The notes: a model not told the origin generated them from the letters alone. Counted from the stretch's first letter, positions 1 through 15,600 are shown. The stretch is DNA of 64,000 nucleotides from Bugula neritina (GCA_964035545.1 OZ037766.1:33160773-33224772); one strand, 5' to 3'. Numbers and translations are program-made.

Positions 1-2339
1 GTGGTTGTATGATGACAATTGCTACATAAAGGTTGGACTCTGCAGGGGGACATGACTGTGACATTTCAAAGAGAGAGAGAAGGTGCGTTTTTTACTGCTT
101 TCCTATTCAACACAAACCTCTATTTTTATGAATCAACTGATCCTGATAGCGTAAAAGAGCCAACTACAGCTGGAAAGATGGGATTATGTATGAACAGCAG
201 GGATAACATTCATAATGCAACACTGAATGTTGTGGCTAATCAATAGGAGATTAAATTACTAAATGTTCAACACCAGGCAGGCTAATGTGGTGTATAATTA
301 GCTCATGGTTAGTGTTACCCAGTATACTACATAATATGCTGTCAACTATCAGATAGTATGTCATAGTTATGATGTATTACACAGCTGCACCAATACTGGT
401 AGAATGGTGGTAAGGATTGATTTCAATGTAAATGCATATTTAGCGAAAAAAACTCACAGTGAAATTCAAACATCTTTAAAACTCCTAAAGATAAAAACTC
501 TGTTTTAAATTTCAAGCTGCAGTTGGCACTCATTTTTCAAGCACTTTAAAAGACAATGAAACTGAGTAAGCATGGAGAATCAAATATAATATATATCAAT
601 ATCTTGCAGTTCAGTAAATATTTCCTATTTATACTAAAGGCAGGAATAGTAGCTTCACATTAAGCTGGGGTGATAGTGTGTGTTGAATAGAGACTATAGT
701 TATTAGAGCTGTACTCTAGGGTATTCATTACTTTGTTAGGTGAAACAGACTGAAGCAGCAACAGCAGCAGCAGCAGAGCTATGCTGCTATAGGAATACAA
801 GAGGCAGTAGTATTATCAGCTTCTAAGTGATGTACTGAAATTTTTTTCCCAGGGATGAAGGCTTGCTTATAGGTGGTTCAATATTACGGAGAATTTTAAA
901 ACTAAAAGATGTTGGGGAGTGCAAGTGCACCAAAGTACACCTGATATAACCTACATAAAAGAGCCATTATAGAAGCAATAATGTTAGTACTTTGGTGTGT
1001 AATCAAAGGGCAGTGTGGAAGTTGGCATGGCCTGTAGGTATTGACTATCACTTTGATAGAATATGAGTGAGACACCCTGAGTTGTTAGAGTGTTGCTGGT
1101 AGATTGCTGTCAGTTCCCAGTACCACCATATAATACTATTTCTTTCAAATCATGTGTACATCACAGATATTTTATACCATTTATGTATACCTTAACTAGT
1201 CTACAGTATAAACCCAAAAGAAAACCAGGTTTACAAATTAGAATCAGTTATTTCAAATATAACTGGCTAAAATAACCTAATCATTTCTAGAAATGACTGA
1301 GAGGAGATTTCTGATCTTGAACACAGTTAGATTTTATCTAAAATCAAAGCTAAAATCATATGTAATTAAAATAAATAAAATTTATTTTGTCAAAACTTTA
1401 CAGTCTACATAAAGCAGTTTTATAATGTTTCTGTCTTGTACACAAATTTTACAACTTCCACAATGGAAGAGTCTGCAGCTAAAACCCTTTGACCAGAACC
1501 TAGAGTTCTAGCATCTGAATATCTCCCAGGTGATGAACTTTCAACACATACTTAGCAGACTGACTGAATGAGACTCATTTTCAAGTCAACAACCCATCAC
1601 TAGCTGCAATGTAGGTGCATGTGTTCTCAGATAGTAATTGCACTGCTCAGGGGGTTATCTTTATTATTAACACAAATAATTGAAAGATCTAAGTAAATAA
1701 AGTGTGGCATTTTGCAATTAACCAGCATGTCAAGTGTGCATGAAACTTAGGCTAAATAGAGATCAGTATGAGAGGTGTTGCACCTGCCCAGCAAATATTT
1801 CTCTTACGATACAACATTTAGTCTGATCTCCTGACATAAGGTCAAGACTGCCAGGCAGAGTCTTAAATCAGGCTGCCATTAGTTTTCATACAGCATATGA
1901 CTTACAGAGTATTACTTACAAAGTATTACTTACAGAATATCACTTACAGAGTATTACACTGTAAGTTCAAGATCTCACTCAGAGCAGAAGGAAGAGTGAG
2001 TTTTTAGTGAAATAATGGAAGTGTCAAAATGGGTCTCTTGACTTAAAAAAAGAACTTGGCAAACACTTGACTAGTCCGAGTTGGAAACATGCCCGAGTTT
2101 GCATTTACCAATTCTAAAACTAACCAAAATGAACTTATGCTCATGTCTCAGCCCCATTGACTTCAAGAGAGAATTTGAATAAAATCACAGGTTATAGAGC
2201 TAAAAGAGTTTAAATGTTTGCTCTCCACACTTCCTGTAACCAAGCTGTTCTCTAATTCAATTGGAGCACCAAATCAAATGTTACCTATACAGTGACTAAT
2301 AACTGTGAGTAGATTGGTTAACTCAGTGAACAGGAGTCA

Positions 2340-2905
2340 CTGGTATGACTATGAGTGTGACACTGAGTGCGAGTAGTATTAATTTAGATACTAGCTTGTT
2401 GAAGTTGTAGGGATAATTTATTAATTAAATGAATTAGGTCACAAATATTAATAAATATGAAATGGAATAAGAAAGTGGCCATTGTAATTTAAATTTACCA
2501 ATTAAGTAATACTAAGTCTAACCGTAGAAGAATTGAGTATGTAGCAGCGGAAACATTGCACAGAACGTCTGAAGTAACCCTTATTAAGCTGATACAAATC
2601 TACTTTATAGACTAGATGATTGAAAGAGTAGATTGTTTTAAACTTAAAGTACTAATAGTATAATACTGAATTCGAAAATAAATCAAAATTATTAGCACCT
2701 ACCAAAGCCAACAGTAGCAGCTTACTAAGCTAGATCATGACTCAAAGCTAAGTTTTAGGTCAGCTAATTACAGGCACCTACATAACTAAACTTTTCACCA
2801 TGTGATTATGATTTGACTGCAATATTATTAACAATATTAATTTCAGGTTGAAATTTAGTTTTATATTTACATAATTCAGTTTTACTTCTACTCAACTTTT
2901 AAATA
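2340..2905. other. 6-bp-periodic (NTNANN)n tract downstream of a putative minus-strand first exon
   Basis: 2836-2871 reads attaat ttcagg ttgaaa tttagt tttata tttaca; 2345-2374 reads atgact atgagt gtgaca ctgagt gcgagt. T is at position 2 and A at position 4, other positions are free. Boundaries approximate. Confidence 0.6.
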
Positions 2906-3150
2906 ACTTACTAAGATGCTTCAGTCTTGCGATGCAGACGAACTCGTAGCCGTCTAGTAATCAGTACTTCAAACAGCAGACGCGTTAAGTAATTAACAAT
3001 GACGGCGTGAGGGCATCGTCCGACTAGCTGCTAGGTTAGCGTTCTACACAATAAAAGTCTAGTCGCTTACTACTGCTTTTATAAGTAGTCGCACGTGCGC
3101 AGCCAGGGGAGTATTATAAACATCGCGTCTAAAGGTAACCTCCGCGCAGT
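2906..3150 (-). promoter_or_regulatory. Putative promoter and non-coding first exon of a minus-strand gene whose CDS is not recognisable in this window
   Basis: Local CpG enrichment 2930-3150. Minus-strand TATAAAAG at 3076-3083, CACGTG at 3092-3097, minus-strand donor GTAAGT at 2906-2911. No usable ORF in the exon. Confidence 0.4.
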
Positions 3151-4589
3151 CAATAACCTCTCAAACCGATTTGTTATCTACTGTAATTCTTCTAAAATAT
3201 GCTGCTCAATAATAGAGCAAACGTAAATGTTAAGCATGCAACCCGATCAACTTCCATCAGAAGTTTGGCTGCTTTATTACATTACAAATTTTTCATTTGT
3301 AATTTCAAGGTGAATCAAAATTACATGCATAATTGGAAATAGTGACAAAGTCTAGGATTGTGTGCTCCTGACAAAATTGCGTCAGCCTATACTTGTAAAT
3401 ACCTAGACTGTAACTAAGCTAAAATTGCTATAACAGTAACAATGGAGTGAAGGAAATATAGTACCAGGCACTGCTGTTCTAAGAACAAAAAGAGTTAATC
3501 AAATCTGTCACTCAACTCACAGTCACTGGAAGCATTGGCTTCAGGAGCTTTTGATTGAACATATTTTGGTAAACAATTTAGTGAACGCTTTATGCTTGCA
3601 GATATTACGGTATATACGGTGCCTGCCATCTGCCAATCAAAAGCTAAACACGTTAGCTAATAGTAAGTAATAGCTTAAACCAACTACTACGCAGCAAACT
3701 AGAACCAGAAGTAGAGATTAGAGAATCTCAGGAAAGGCATTGTGTAGCCCAAAAGTTGCTTGCTTTAACTATTAGTTTATTATTTAGTAGCCAGTCAAAG
3801 ATACTTTTATCATAGTGACTCTACACACTTACTTAGTCCTAATTTAAGTTGTCAACTTACTCAGTACGTTGAAAATAACTCCACACGGACTGCTTCTCTT
3901 GAGTTTAGAATACTGAATACAAACATTTGAGTAGTTTCTGCCTTTATGGAGTAGTTATTGCACCATAATAGGCACATAATGCCCATCCTATCAGCTTTGG
4001 GAGTAAACACACCTGTCCATCCAATCAAATGCCTTTCCTTGCAGTTACTGGCGCAATATTACAGCTGCAGACGTGATAAGATTTATGTTAGCACATGTCC
4101 ACTTGTCAAGCTGACTTTAAAGAAGTAGGACACCGGCACTGACAGTGTCTATTTTTAACAACTACCTTCAGGGTCAGTAGCTTGCTTTAATAGACCAATT
4201 ACTAATGACGTTAGATATCACGTGACTCAAGTCTGGTAACCTTATTAATGTTTCACTGTGTATTATAATGGTACCAGCTTAATGCGAGGAGAATATCACA
4301 TTTATTATAAAATATCATTGCTTCAAAATTCGTTTGTACTCTGCAAAGAGTTTGGTAAAATATTGTAATGGTAGTCTCTACTTTCTAATAACCTAATTTC
4401 TTTTCATATTATATACATGGAATATTTATTGGGAGTGAAAACATCAATTATTACACAAAACCCTTTATGAGAAGTTTTACTAGAGCGCAGGCTCTGTCGT
4501 AGAAACATCAGTGATCGATGACAGAGTTTACGCAACAAGAGAACAGGGATTATCTCCAGCAAACTAATAATTATATATATATACATATA

Positions 4590-4993
4590 ATATACTATAC
4601 AATAATACACACTATACAATAATACACACTATACAATAATACACACTATACAATAATATACAATAATACACACTACACAATAATACACACTATACAATAA
4701 TATACACTATGCAATAATATACAATAATACACACTACACAATAATACACACTATACAATAATACACACTATACAATAATATACAATAATACACACTATAC
4801 AATAATACACACTATACAATAATATACAATAATGCACACTATACAATAATACACACTATACAATAATATACAATAATACACACTATACAATAATACACAC
4901 TATACAATAATATACAATAATACACACTATACAATAATACACACTATACTATAATACACACTATACAATAATACACACTATACAATAATACAC
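4590..4993. repeat. Minisatellite, ~17-bp unit AATACACACTATACAAT
   Basis: Direct tandem repetition with shorter variants. Confidence 0.95.
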
Positions 4994-5933
4994 AACAGTT
5001 CCTATTGTGTACCAGACTAACCACGTTGTGTCAATTGCTCAAACTCTACTGAAAGCTGCATGCCACTGTAAAGGTTATCCTTCATCTTGTTACACCACCC
5101 TATTCTTTTCTAAATATTATGTCCCAATAGCCTTATTTATATCCAAAACATCTATAAATTCCGGCTTCCACAATATGATTGCTAAATAATGTAAGCTAGA
5201 CAAAGTTGTGAAACACATGCATCAGTTATTTTTAGAAAGAAGAAATTATTGCATTCCATTGCATACATGTAGTTATGGATATTCTAATACTAACATTTAT
5301 AGAGCCAAGCTTTGTCTATGCCAGTCAATAATGTGTGTGATAACCGTTTGTATGTTGAGTATACATTCTGAGGCTATAGCCCAGTTTCTACCAATCTGAT
5401 TCTAAAGCCAAATGAGTTCATTACAACTTGCAGCAACTCTAATGGCTTTCATATACTCAAATCCTGATACCGAGAAGTCTGCGTTGGTGGGATAACTTCA
5501 CTGAAACCTCAACTAACAGTTTTGCTAAGCACATGCCTGCACAAAGCTTATGTTTGTAGTTGCAAATGTAGGCTAAACTCCTCTGTTTTTGTTAGCTGTG
5601 CACATCAAGTTACCACAGGTCAAGAGTTCATGTCTGTGACAGAAGTTGCAATAACCATTGAGTTAGTGTTGGTTCTTGGTTAAATACTTCAATTAGGCGA
5701 GAGATGTAAGCAACCGTCTTCTATTTTATTTCTTGTTCAGGATCGTAGGCTATAGAACTTGGTTTGTTATCTAAAACAATACAGAAGTCCAGTAAACACA
5801 CTAGAAACAAAATCTCAGCTAAGTGTTGCTGTGTTGATGTCCACTTGCCAATTCTATTTTTATCATTTAGTACTTTGACTTCGTCTGCTTGAAGCCAAGA
5901 ACGTTGACAGCTCGAGCATTGAGGGTAGAGCTG

Positions 5934-6160
5934 TTCTGTGTATGTCACATAGGAAGGACAACTCTATGTGTGTCACACAGGAAGGAAAAATCTATGTGTG
6001 TCACATAGGAAATATAACCCTGTGTATGTCACATAGGAAATATAACCCTGTGTATGTCACATAGGAAGAAAAACTCTGTGTGTCACAGAGGGAGGATAAC
6101 TCTGTGTATGTCACACAGGAAGGACAACTCTATGTGTGTCACACAGGAAGGAAAACTCTG
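5934..6160. repeat. Minisatellite, ~28-30-bp unit CTCTGTGTATGTCACATAGGAAGGACAA
   Basis: About 8 diverged tandem copies. Confidence 0.9.
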
Positions 6161-6488
6161 CATTAAAACTTTTGTAGGCTTCAATGATTCTTGTATATTA
6201 TTTGTTTTTGTCTTTTAGCAGGCAGGAATCAGTGACATCACATGACATTGTAAAAGATATGGTTTCTGGAAGACACAACTTTTATATAAACCTTTAAAGC
6301 ACAAGACAATGATAATTCTAATGATATGCCACATACATAGAAGTAATGCTAGCTTGCCGGGTTTTAGGTATGTTGCTAGCTAGAGAGTTGCTATGCATCC
6401 CTTTACATGTTCAAATGGTTTATTACAAGCTATGTTACTGACTAGGAGGTGAAATCGTCTGCACCAGGAGTAGAGTTAAGCTAGTGGA

Positions 6489-6518
6489 CAGCAGCAGCAG
6501 CAGCAGCAGCAGCAGCAA
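6489..6518. repeat. (CAG)n microsatellite
   Basis: About 9 CAG units. Confidence 0.95.
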
Positions 6519-9500
6519 TAGCAGCATGCCAGATTGTAAGATTTGTATAAACAAGTGATGTGTACAGTGAAATTCTGTAGTGATAGTAAATAATATGAGA
6601 CATAAAGTAATCTGAAATATAGATTACTTCTGTAATGCTCAGTAATTTTTATATATAGCCTAGTGTATGATGTATATAATATCATATATAATATAATATA
6701 ATGTATATAATATATAGTGTATAATGTATATAAAATGATATATAATATAATATAATGTATATATTATATAGTGTGTAATGTACGCAGAAAACACTAAACA
6801 ATATAAAAACCAAGTTTATTTCTCACTCAGAGCATATAAAGTTAGTGAAACATAATAATAATATTACAAGAGTGTTCAGAGTTGCTCGAGTTGTCAATTA
6901 TATAACCTCCAGCCTTGACCTCCTAGACACCCTGAACTGTCAGCTGACACACAAAAGTATATTTTTATACTTCAGGCAAATTAAGGAACACACCAAACAT
7001 TATTCTATAAATTTTGACTGCTTATGTAACATTAAAAAGTAGGCTTCAAAATATTTTTTTGTATTGTATGTAATTTACATAATTTGTGTTACCAGGATGC
7101 AGCTGGTTGTTATGTTACCTTTAGAGATTGTCATAAACTGGACAGTAGCTGTCTACACAGTATTTGCTGACCAGTACAGATATGATGCTCATGTTTATAC
7201 TGTAGAAGTAACCTACTTCACCAGAACTTGTACTCTATATAAATATTATACGCCACCTGGCGCTACAATGTAGGCTAATTGAGAAAATACTGTATATTAT
7301 GTACATATTGGTTTACTATATAAACCTCATTAATTTGTTCTGCTGATAGTATAAATATTGTGTATGAACAAAGGGGACATTAGCACCTGCTAAAGTGTAG
7401 AAATTGTATTTGTGTAGTTAGGTTTTAATGCTTTTACGCAAAAACAGAGTATTTCATGAAAGTTATTTTTGACTTATCTGGTTTATCAACCGTGACGTAA
7501 TGCAAACAGGTTCTACACTGAAACAAAGCGATTTAGTAGTAGAACAGGAAATGACCTTTACTATGTGTCTCGTCTGGCAAGAGAAAGTCTCTCCGGAAAT
7601 CACTTGCTTACTTGTACCGAGCAAAATATTAGTCTTATGGGCTACAGGCATATCTCCGTACTCAGACTACGATCTGTTCTTTACACTAGATTTATGTTCT
7701 TTTGATTCAGCAATCTGTTTAAATATTCCATAGTTAGAACACCACAAATTAATGTCACAGCCTTTTCTATATATTAACCAAACTTTCATTAACTTTTTTA
7801 TGACATTTAAACATTTTCAATTTTCACTTGTTGAGTGTTTGATTTGTTTTTCTTAAAATGTGAGTACGTGCATACTTAATGCATTGATTCTAGCTCAGCT
7901 ATAAAATTCACCTATAAAATCATTTTATTATACTAATAATAAGCTGTGCTTTGGCCATATTGTCTAGATCACAATTCTATAATAATTATGTTATTGTTTA
8001 CTTTTGAATAAAATACTTATATTATACAGCCTATTATAAACTTGTTACATGAATCCAATGTAACATGCCGGAAAGAGTATGAAGTTGAACAAGTGTTGCA
8101 GTAGAACTTGATATCATGACTTCGAAATAGCCGACACCTTTGAAATCAGTGAAATTAGATGAAAGCAATATTCTATCAACCATCCGCAATATGAAGTTCA
8201 CAGGCCACGCTTGATATTATAAACTTATAACTAATTCATTCACTGGGAAGCCATGTGCTGTAAACTTTGTAGTTATTACGTCTTGTCATGAGAAAAGTCA
8301 CGGTAGGTTGTAGAATGAGTTCAATGTTGAGTCTTTCAGAAATTTGAGTTCTGAGCTTGTAAATTTGTTATGAGTTGAGTAGAGTTGGTTTGAAACTTCT
8401 GAGCAAGATTTCTTTTTTTCCCTTATATAAAATAATAATACTACATAGTAGAATATGAGTATGAAATGATAATACTATACATAGTAGACTATGAGTATGA
8501 AATGCAAGCGTAAGATTTACAAAACTGATCATCTAAAATCTACTTTAAAATATTTATTATGTTTTTAGTTAGCAACAATTTGTTTGTGAATCAGTGAAAT
8601 ATAAATGAATATCAATCAGAGAGGATGTTTAAGGTTAAAGTTGCTTTAGATGTCAATGTGTTATGATAGATGGGTGCTGAGTTGAGGGATAGGTGGGAAA
8701 TCCTAATGGCTGGATGCCAAGCAAGTGTGAAAAGCACAACCTATTTGCTTTCTGGACAGCAACGTGACATAAATGTGTGTTGAGAACATCTTTGAACACC
8801 CCTATGGTTAGTCAAACATTATGCCTAAGCAAATACAGTACAACTTAATAGACACTGCCACTCTGTCCACATGTTCAAGGAGCACCTGGTAAAGTCAAGA
8901 GGTAACGCACTGGGTGTCTATAGTCACTCAAACAGCTCAAGTGAAGCAGCCACAATGTCTTATTGCAACCTATTCAATGACAGGGTTCTGTGATGAAATC
9001 TGGGGAGATTAATAACAGAACTTTAATAATACCTATAATTTATTTTATTTCGCAACAAATATTTTAAAAGCAGTTTGAATTTAAATTCATTATTGTTTTC
9101 CATGAAAAAATTGTAGTTTATGGAGTTGTGTGCTTTTCTTTGTTTAAGGATTTCCTTGCCTGTTGCAGCAAACCTCATTTGATGATCACTCAAAAGATAA
9201 CTCTTCGTGAATGATTTGATAAAATCTCCTATTGCGTGTTGCAGTAATTGTGCAAGATGTATTATTATTATTTAGAAAGAATTGTAATATATTTGGCGTG
9301 CTAATCAGCGAATTGAGCAAAGAGTAAGTGGCAACACTATACTCATATGATAGAGTATAGTGTTATGATATGATAGATAAGACAATTCCAGTAGTTATTA
9401 TGATCCTTTTGACTAATAATTTTTGATGTAATTTTCTCACTCATTGAAATTTGTCGAGTTACTGTGATTTCCTTCATTTTGGCGGTTACACTGGAAACAG

Positions 9501-10241
9501 TGATAGAGTAGAGTAGCTCCTTAATAGACAAAAGTTCACTCTTTGTAAGCCAGAGTTTTTAATTGATTATTTTGAGCTGTGCATTCAAACACATTTAGTT
9601 CATTCGAAATAATATTACACTCTGTAATAATGCACTCTGTAATACACTATATATTTACTCTATAATTCACTCTTAATATACTCTATGCATACTCTATATA
9701 TCATATATGCTATAGAATTCACTTTATGTTATACACGTATATACTTTATAGTACTACTCTACAATTTTGTAGAATAGTTTGCAAATCCTTTAGTAAAAAC
9801 ACATAAAATTAATATTATTTTTTAAGAACATGAAAGCTTTCAACTAAATTATGTTTATACAGTTTTGAAAAAAATATTTTTTAAAATGCAACATATAATT
9901 ATACCTGATTTATATGCAAAGTAGATCAAAAGTATAATGTCAAGAAAACAGAAAATAAGAGCTACACATTGGGTCAAGATTGAAATGACATGCTAGGAAT
10001 GGTGACGTCTATATGATGATCAATATTTCAACTCATTTTCAGTTAGCAGAATTGTTAAACTGTAACAGACAGTATAATGCATAAAACTGAATTTATGAAA
10101 ATAAATGTTATATTTGGACAAAAATATTCCATTTATGTAACTTTATAGTTCGTTCAATTAATTTACAGGGGCCAACGTATTTCATCCATTTTATTTCCTA
10201 ACGTACTAATTACAAGTATGGTAGAAAATAAACACGTGATA

Positions 10242-10474
10242 AATGATAAGCATGTCAATATATAATATATTGTATCACCTACTGATAAGCATGTCAATAT
10301 ATAATATATTGTATCATCTACTGATAAGCATGTCAATATATAATATATTGTATCATCTACTGATAAGCATGTCAATATATAATATATTGTATCATCTACT
10401 GATAAGCATGTCAATATATAATATATTGTATCATCTACTGATAAGCATGTCAATATATAATATATTGTATCATC
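10242..10474. repeat. Minisatellite, 39-bp unit x6
   Basis: CTACTGATAAGCATGTCAATATATAATATATTGTATCAT tandem copies. Confidence 0.95.
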
Positions 10475-10537
10475 TTGTTGGGTTAAACCGGCAACTTCTC
10501 AGCTGATAAAGACAGTCTGTGAACATATTAGTTATAA

Positions 10538-11021
<484 letters not shown>

Positions 11022-11535
11022 CCACAAGCCGAAAGGGGTGCATGTAGAAAAATTATATGTACAAAGAAGTTGTATTCTCTTGGACACCTAACTATTTTCT
11101 GAATGCAACTACTCAACAATAATGAAGATTTAAATAAACTCAGTTAGTGAAAATAGAGCCAAATGATTAAATGCTAATTGATTTGTTTAAGTTTTATTAC
11201 AAAATACAAACAATATCTTCAAAGAAATGTGTTTGTCAAGTTATAATGAATGTGCGTATCTAAGCTAGCAGGATATAAACATGGTACATCCACTTTGTAG
11301 TGTGCCTTGGTACTAATGCTTTTATACCTCTGGAAGATTGCATAAGAAGGCTTTCAGTCTATAATTTTCTATCTAAAGGAAAAAATCCAGCAATACAATT
11401 GAGAGTTGTTCCCACATATTCCAGAAACAAAACTAGCTCAATGAAGGAATAACGAAAGCCATCTCTAAAGGGTGCCTACATATGACAAAGGAAAATTGAT
11501 AACGTCATAAATCTAAGAAAAGCTATAGTTCGTTT

Positions 11536-12068
11536 ACCAGTACCACATACTAGTGCCACATACCAGTACCACATACTAGTACCACATACCAGTACCACAT
11601 ACTAGTGCCACATACTAGTACCACATACCAGTACCACATACCAGTACCACATACTAGTACTGCATACTAGTACCACATACCAGTACCACATACCAGTACC
11701 ACATACTAGTACCCCATACCAGTACCACATACCAGTACCACATACCAGTATCACATACCAGTACCACATATTAGTACCCCATACCAGTACCACATACCAG
11801 TACCACATACCAGTACCACATACCAGTACCACATACCAGTACCACATACTAGTACTGCATACTAGTACCACATACCAGTACCACATACCAGTACCACATA
11901 CCAGTACCACATACCAGTACCACATACTAGTGCCACACACCAGTACCACATACCAGTACCACATACCAGTACCACATACCAGTACCACATACCAGTACCA
12001 CATACCAGTACCACATACCAGTACCACATACCAGTACCACATACCAGTACCACATACCAGTACCACAT
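11536..12068. repeat. Minisatellite, 13-bp unit ACCAGTACCACAT
   Basis: About 40 tandem copies. Confidence 0.95.
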
Positions 12069-12414
12069 GCAAAGTTCATATGAAAGCTAAACCATGTAGT
12101 CTTTATTTAACTGTTCCCTACATTGAGTGGAGAGGAGGGGGTCATAGGTAACGCAAAAATAATAATTAAACACTTGAAGCTTTTTTAATTGTAACAGTAT
12201 ATAATAACTTGCTTATAGCTACATTCTATAGACTTGTTAGTTTATATGCATTTTATATAGTATTTTCCTTGTACTCTATGTATGTTGTACGTTGCTATAT
12301 ATAATTTATAAACTTTAGATATTTTTTTATATATTTTGTATATTGCATATATTGCATATTATATATCCATTACCATTGAAAACAAAGAATTGATGTGGTG
12401 AATCGCTCGTCTGC

Positions 12415-12698
12415 CTGTAACAAGTGTGACTGTCTGAGACAAGTGTGACTGTCTGAGACAAGTGTGACTGTCTGTGAGAAGTGTGACTGTCTGTGACAAG
12501 TGTGACTGTCTGTGACAAGTGTGACTGTCTGTGACAAGTGTGACTGTCTGTGAGAAGTGTGACTGTCTGTGACAAGTGTGACTGTCTGTGAGAAGTGTGA
12601 CTGTCTGTGAGAAGTGTGACTGTCTGTGACAAGTGTGACTGTCTGTGACAAGTGTGACTGTCTGTGAAAAGTGTGACTGTCTGTGACAAGTGTGACTA
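12415..12698. repeat. Minisatellite, 19-bp unit GACAAGTGTGACTGTCTGT
   Basis: About 15 tandem copies; flanked by a 15-bp direct repeat. Confidence 0.95.
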
Positions 12699-15600
12699 TC
12701 TAGAATCACTCGTCTGCTAATAACTTGCTAATTAATGTCTCATGTCCAGCTTACCCTAGGTTCAGTAGATAATTCATCAGTTTCTTCTGTTGTTGATTTT
12801 TTAGACTACGATTTTGGATTTAGAGTTATGCTTCCATACTATAACTCGGAGATTTCTTTTATATTAGAAATCTGTAACTATGTATTATAATCATATTAGT
12901 TTATTTTGAAGCAAATCGTTATACATTATTCTATAACTTTGTATATTTTCAATACTGCTACATAATAATAAACAGATTGCTGGTGCTCATGTAGGTAGGA
13001 ATTTGATAATGTATACAGATTGTTGGTTAACATTTTTACCTGTTGACATCCCTGCAATACCTTTGTTACTCAGGTTTAATTTAAGCTAGAATGCAGTGTT
13101 TATTGCATGTGATATAAAAATTTATTGGTATGGCAAATTCTTTGTTTCTTCACAATTGTGATTCACTCAGTAATCCTTGAATTTGTCAGAAGTGTTGACA
13201 ACAAAGCAGTTAATCCGCTTCTAATAAATAATGGCTAGGAAATAGAACTTTGAGATGAGAGTTTATAAAAGTTAATCTCCAATTCATAAGTTATTCAGTG
13301 ACATAAATTTTGATACTTTCAAAACAATAAAACAATTATATTATTATAATAGGAGCAAAAACTCCTATTAATCTTTGCATAATTAGAATTATCAAGTTTT
13401 TTATGAAAATATTGAGAACCTGAGGAGGTGCAAGCTTCACAATTAGATTAAATTGAAATACATGTATAAGCAGTTAATGATACTGCAGTAGAAACAACAT
13501 ACAGGCTTTAAGACTAGCTAAAATCTAAAAGATACGAATTTAATAATAAAATAAAAACAATTTGAAGAAATCGTGAAGAAATCATCAACCCTATAGACTC
13601 TAACCCACTTTGAAGCTGCAAGTTTCAGTATTAGAAAGTAAAGATAATGCAGTACTATAAATATTATAATATCTGTGATAGTTCCAGCTACATACGTCGT
13701 CTCATAATGACCTCTAGCATATAGGCTGACAGCTGGCACTGCATGGTTGATTTACTTTAATATAGTTGATATATTTAGCTCCTTCATCCATAATACACTG
13801 GTTATATATAATGTTTACTCTTTAGAAAGTTAGGCTTCTAAATATGTTGATAGGTAATTTTGATCTTACCTATAAAACAAGATCTGAGATCTATCTATAG
13901 GTGACCTTTGTTAAGGTGACCTTTGTTATCATCACTGTTGTTGGTTAGGTTTGGTATATTATTAGATACTATAAATAACTTTGCAATGTTCCGTGTTTTA
14001 ATAGCAAATAGGTTACTGCTAGGTAAACTTTAGGTGCAAAATAGCCACAGCTTGTAATATGCTTTTTACTTTATTCTAAACCAGCAGACCTGCAACTATG
14101 TCAATTATAATATTCATCATGCTTTCCTAAAAATAACACTCTCCACTAGTTTCTCGGAAAGTCATTTGTCCTGAAAGCTTTGTGGAATCTGCATTAGTGC
14201 TCATTTCTAATCTATGAGAAATATTGGTACAGCGTTTTAATAAATTTAAAATATAATTAATATTTTTTTGCATTGTTTAATCTTTGACGGAATTTCATTG
14301 AAACAATCAGTGTTTGATGGCAACGCCAAACTGTAGCAGTTACTATGGCAACAGTAAGATGCACTGATAGCTTCTCTAGTAAAACTGCTGTTGTGTGGAG
14401 AAACTAGAGCTAGGACAGTTTATATCAATGATGAACTAGTTTGGTATATAAGGTTGTGTTAGGATAATAGACTCATAATATTACAAATAACCTTGTATAT
14501 TGATCAGGTCAAAGTTCATTCATACCATCTTTATTTTGCATACAGAAGCTAATGAAGCACGAAACAGCTCTACGGGAAGAAAGAGATTCAGAGTAGCTCA
14601 ACCTTCTGCAGTCTAACTTATTGTTTGTTGTATTAATAGCAGTGCATTGCCATAGAGTCTTATTATCAGCTATTGGAGGTCTAAATACGATGCAGTGGAT
14701 TGATTGAAATTAATTCTTCAACTTCAAAATTTATTTCAACTACTTACAAAGAAAGACTGAGCACTGGGAAAACCTGAATTTGTTGTTGTGGTAAGTTCTT
14801 GTAAATTCTAAATGCAACATTTTAAAAATAGATATTGGATTTTATTTTCTCATTTCTCTAGGGAAATGTTTCAGTCCACTATTTAGTATTCAGATTTCGT
14901 ATGTGTGAACTTTCCAATAGAATATGGAAAGGTTACATGATTCAATGATGCGTTGATAGACAAGAAAGAGAAATATTCCAAACAGAGTAGTCAGGTGTAA
15001 GTGTGCTACATCTGGGTTACCTTCCCAATCAATCTCAATATGATATCACTTTACTCCGTGAATTCACTAAGGCTATAGCGTCTATAGGTACATTCTCAGC
15101 TTCCTTCAACACCAACAGCCAGGTTCTATTCAGATCAGCTAGGTGCTTATTGTAATAAGTTTTCTACTGGGAGCTGACAATGGTAGACATCTCCACCCTA
15201 TGATAGGGAGACTGGAGTGCAGGACAATGGCTATATTTCCTCCTTCTTATAGTTAGCCTTAGTGACTTGAAAGTTATTATACAATAATAATAGCATCAGG
15301 TGAGCTGGGGTGGGCATCACCGGAACACAAGCTCTGAAGGTTGTTTAACACTTGACATCTAGTAGCTGGCTGCATTTCAGTCATAAAATAGGTTTCTATT
15401 TAGAAACACAGCCGGTACATGAATGGCTGACTCTCAAATAGCAGCTCATGCTTGCTGTGTTTAATTTCTCATATAAGACATATTATTCTTTCCTTAAAGC
15501 TGAGTACTTGACAACTGCAGCAATGCTGTTGAGTCTAGACCAATAGCAGCCAAGCTGCTCCCCTTATAGGCAACTTTCTGTAACTAGAGGTTCTATGAAA

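Noticed and set aside
19-9531. Short ORFs of 60-77 aa in the first 10 kb
   Set aside because: No recognisable domains or consistent exon chain; expected by chance with alternative start codons
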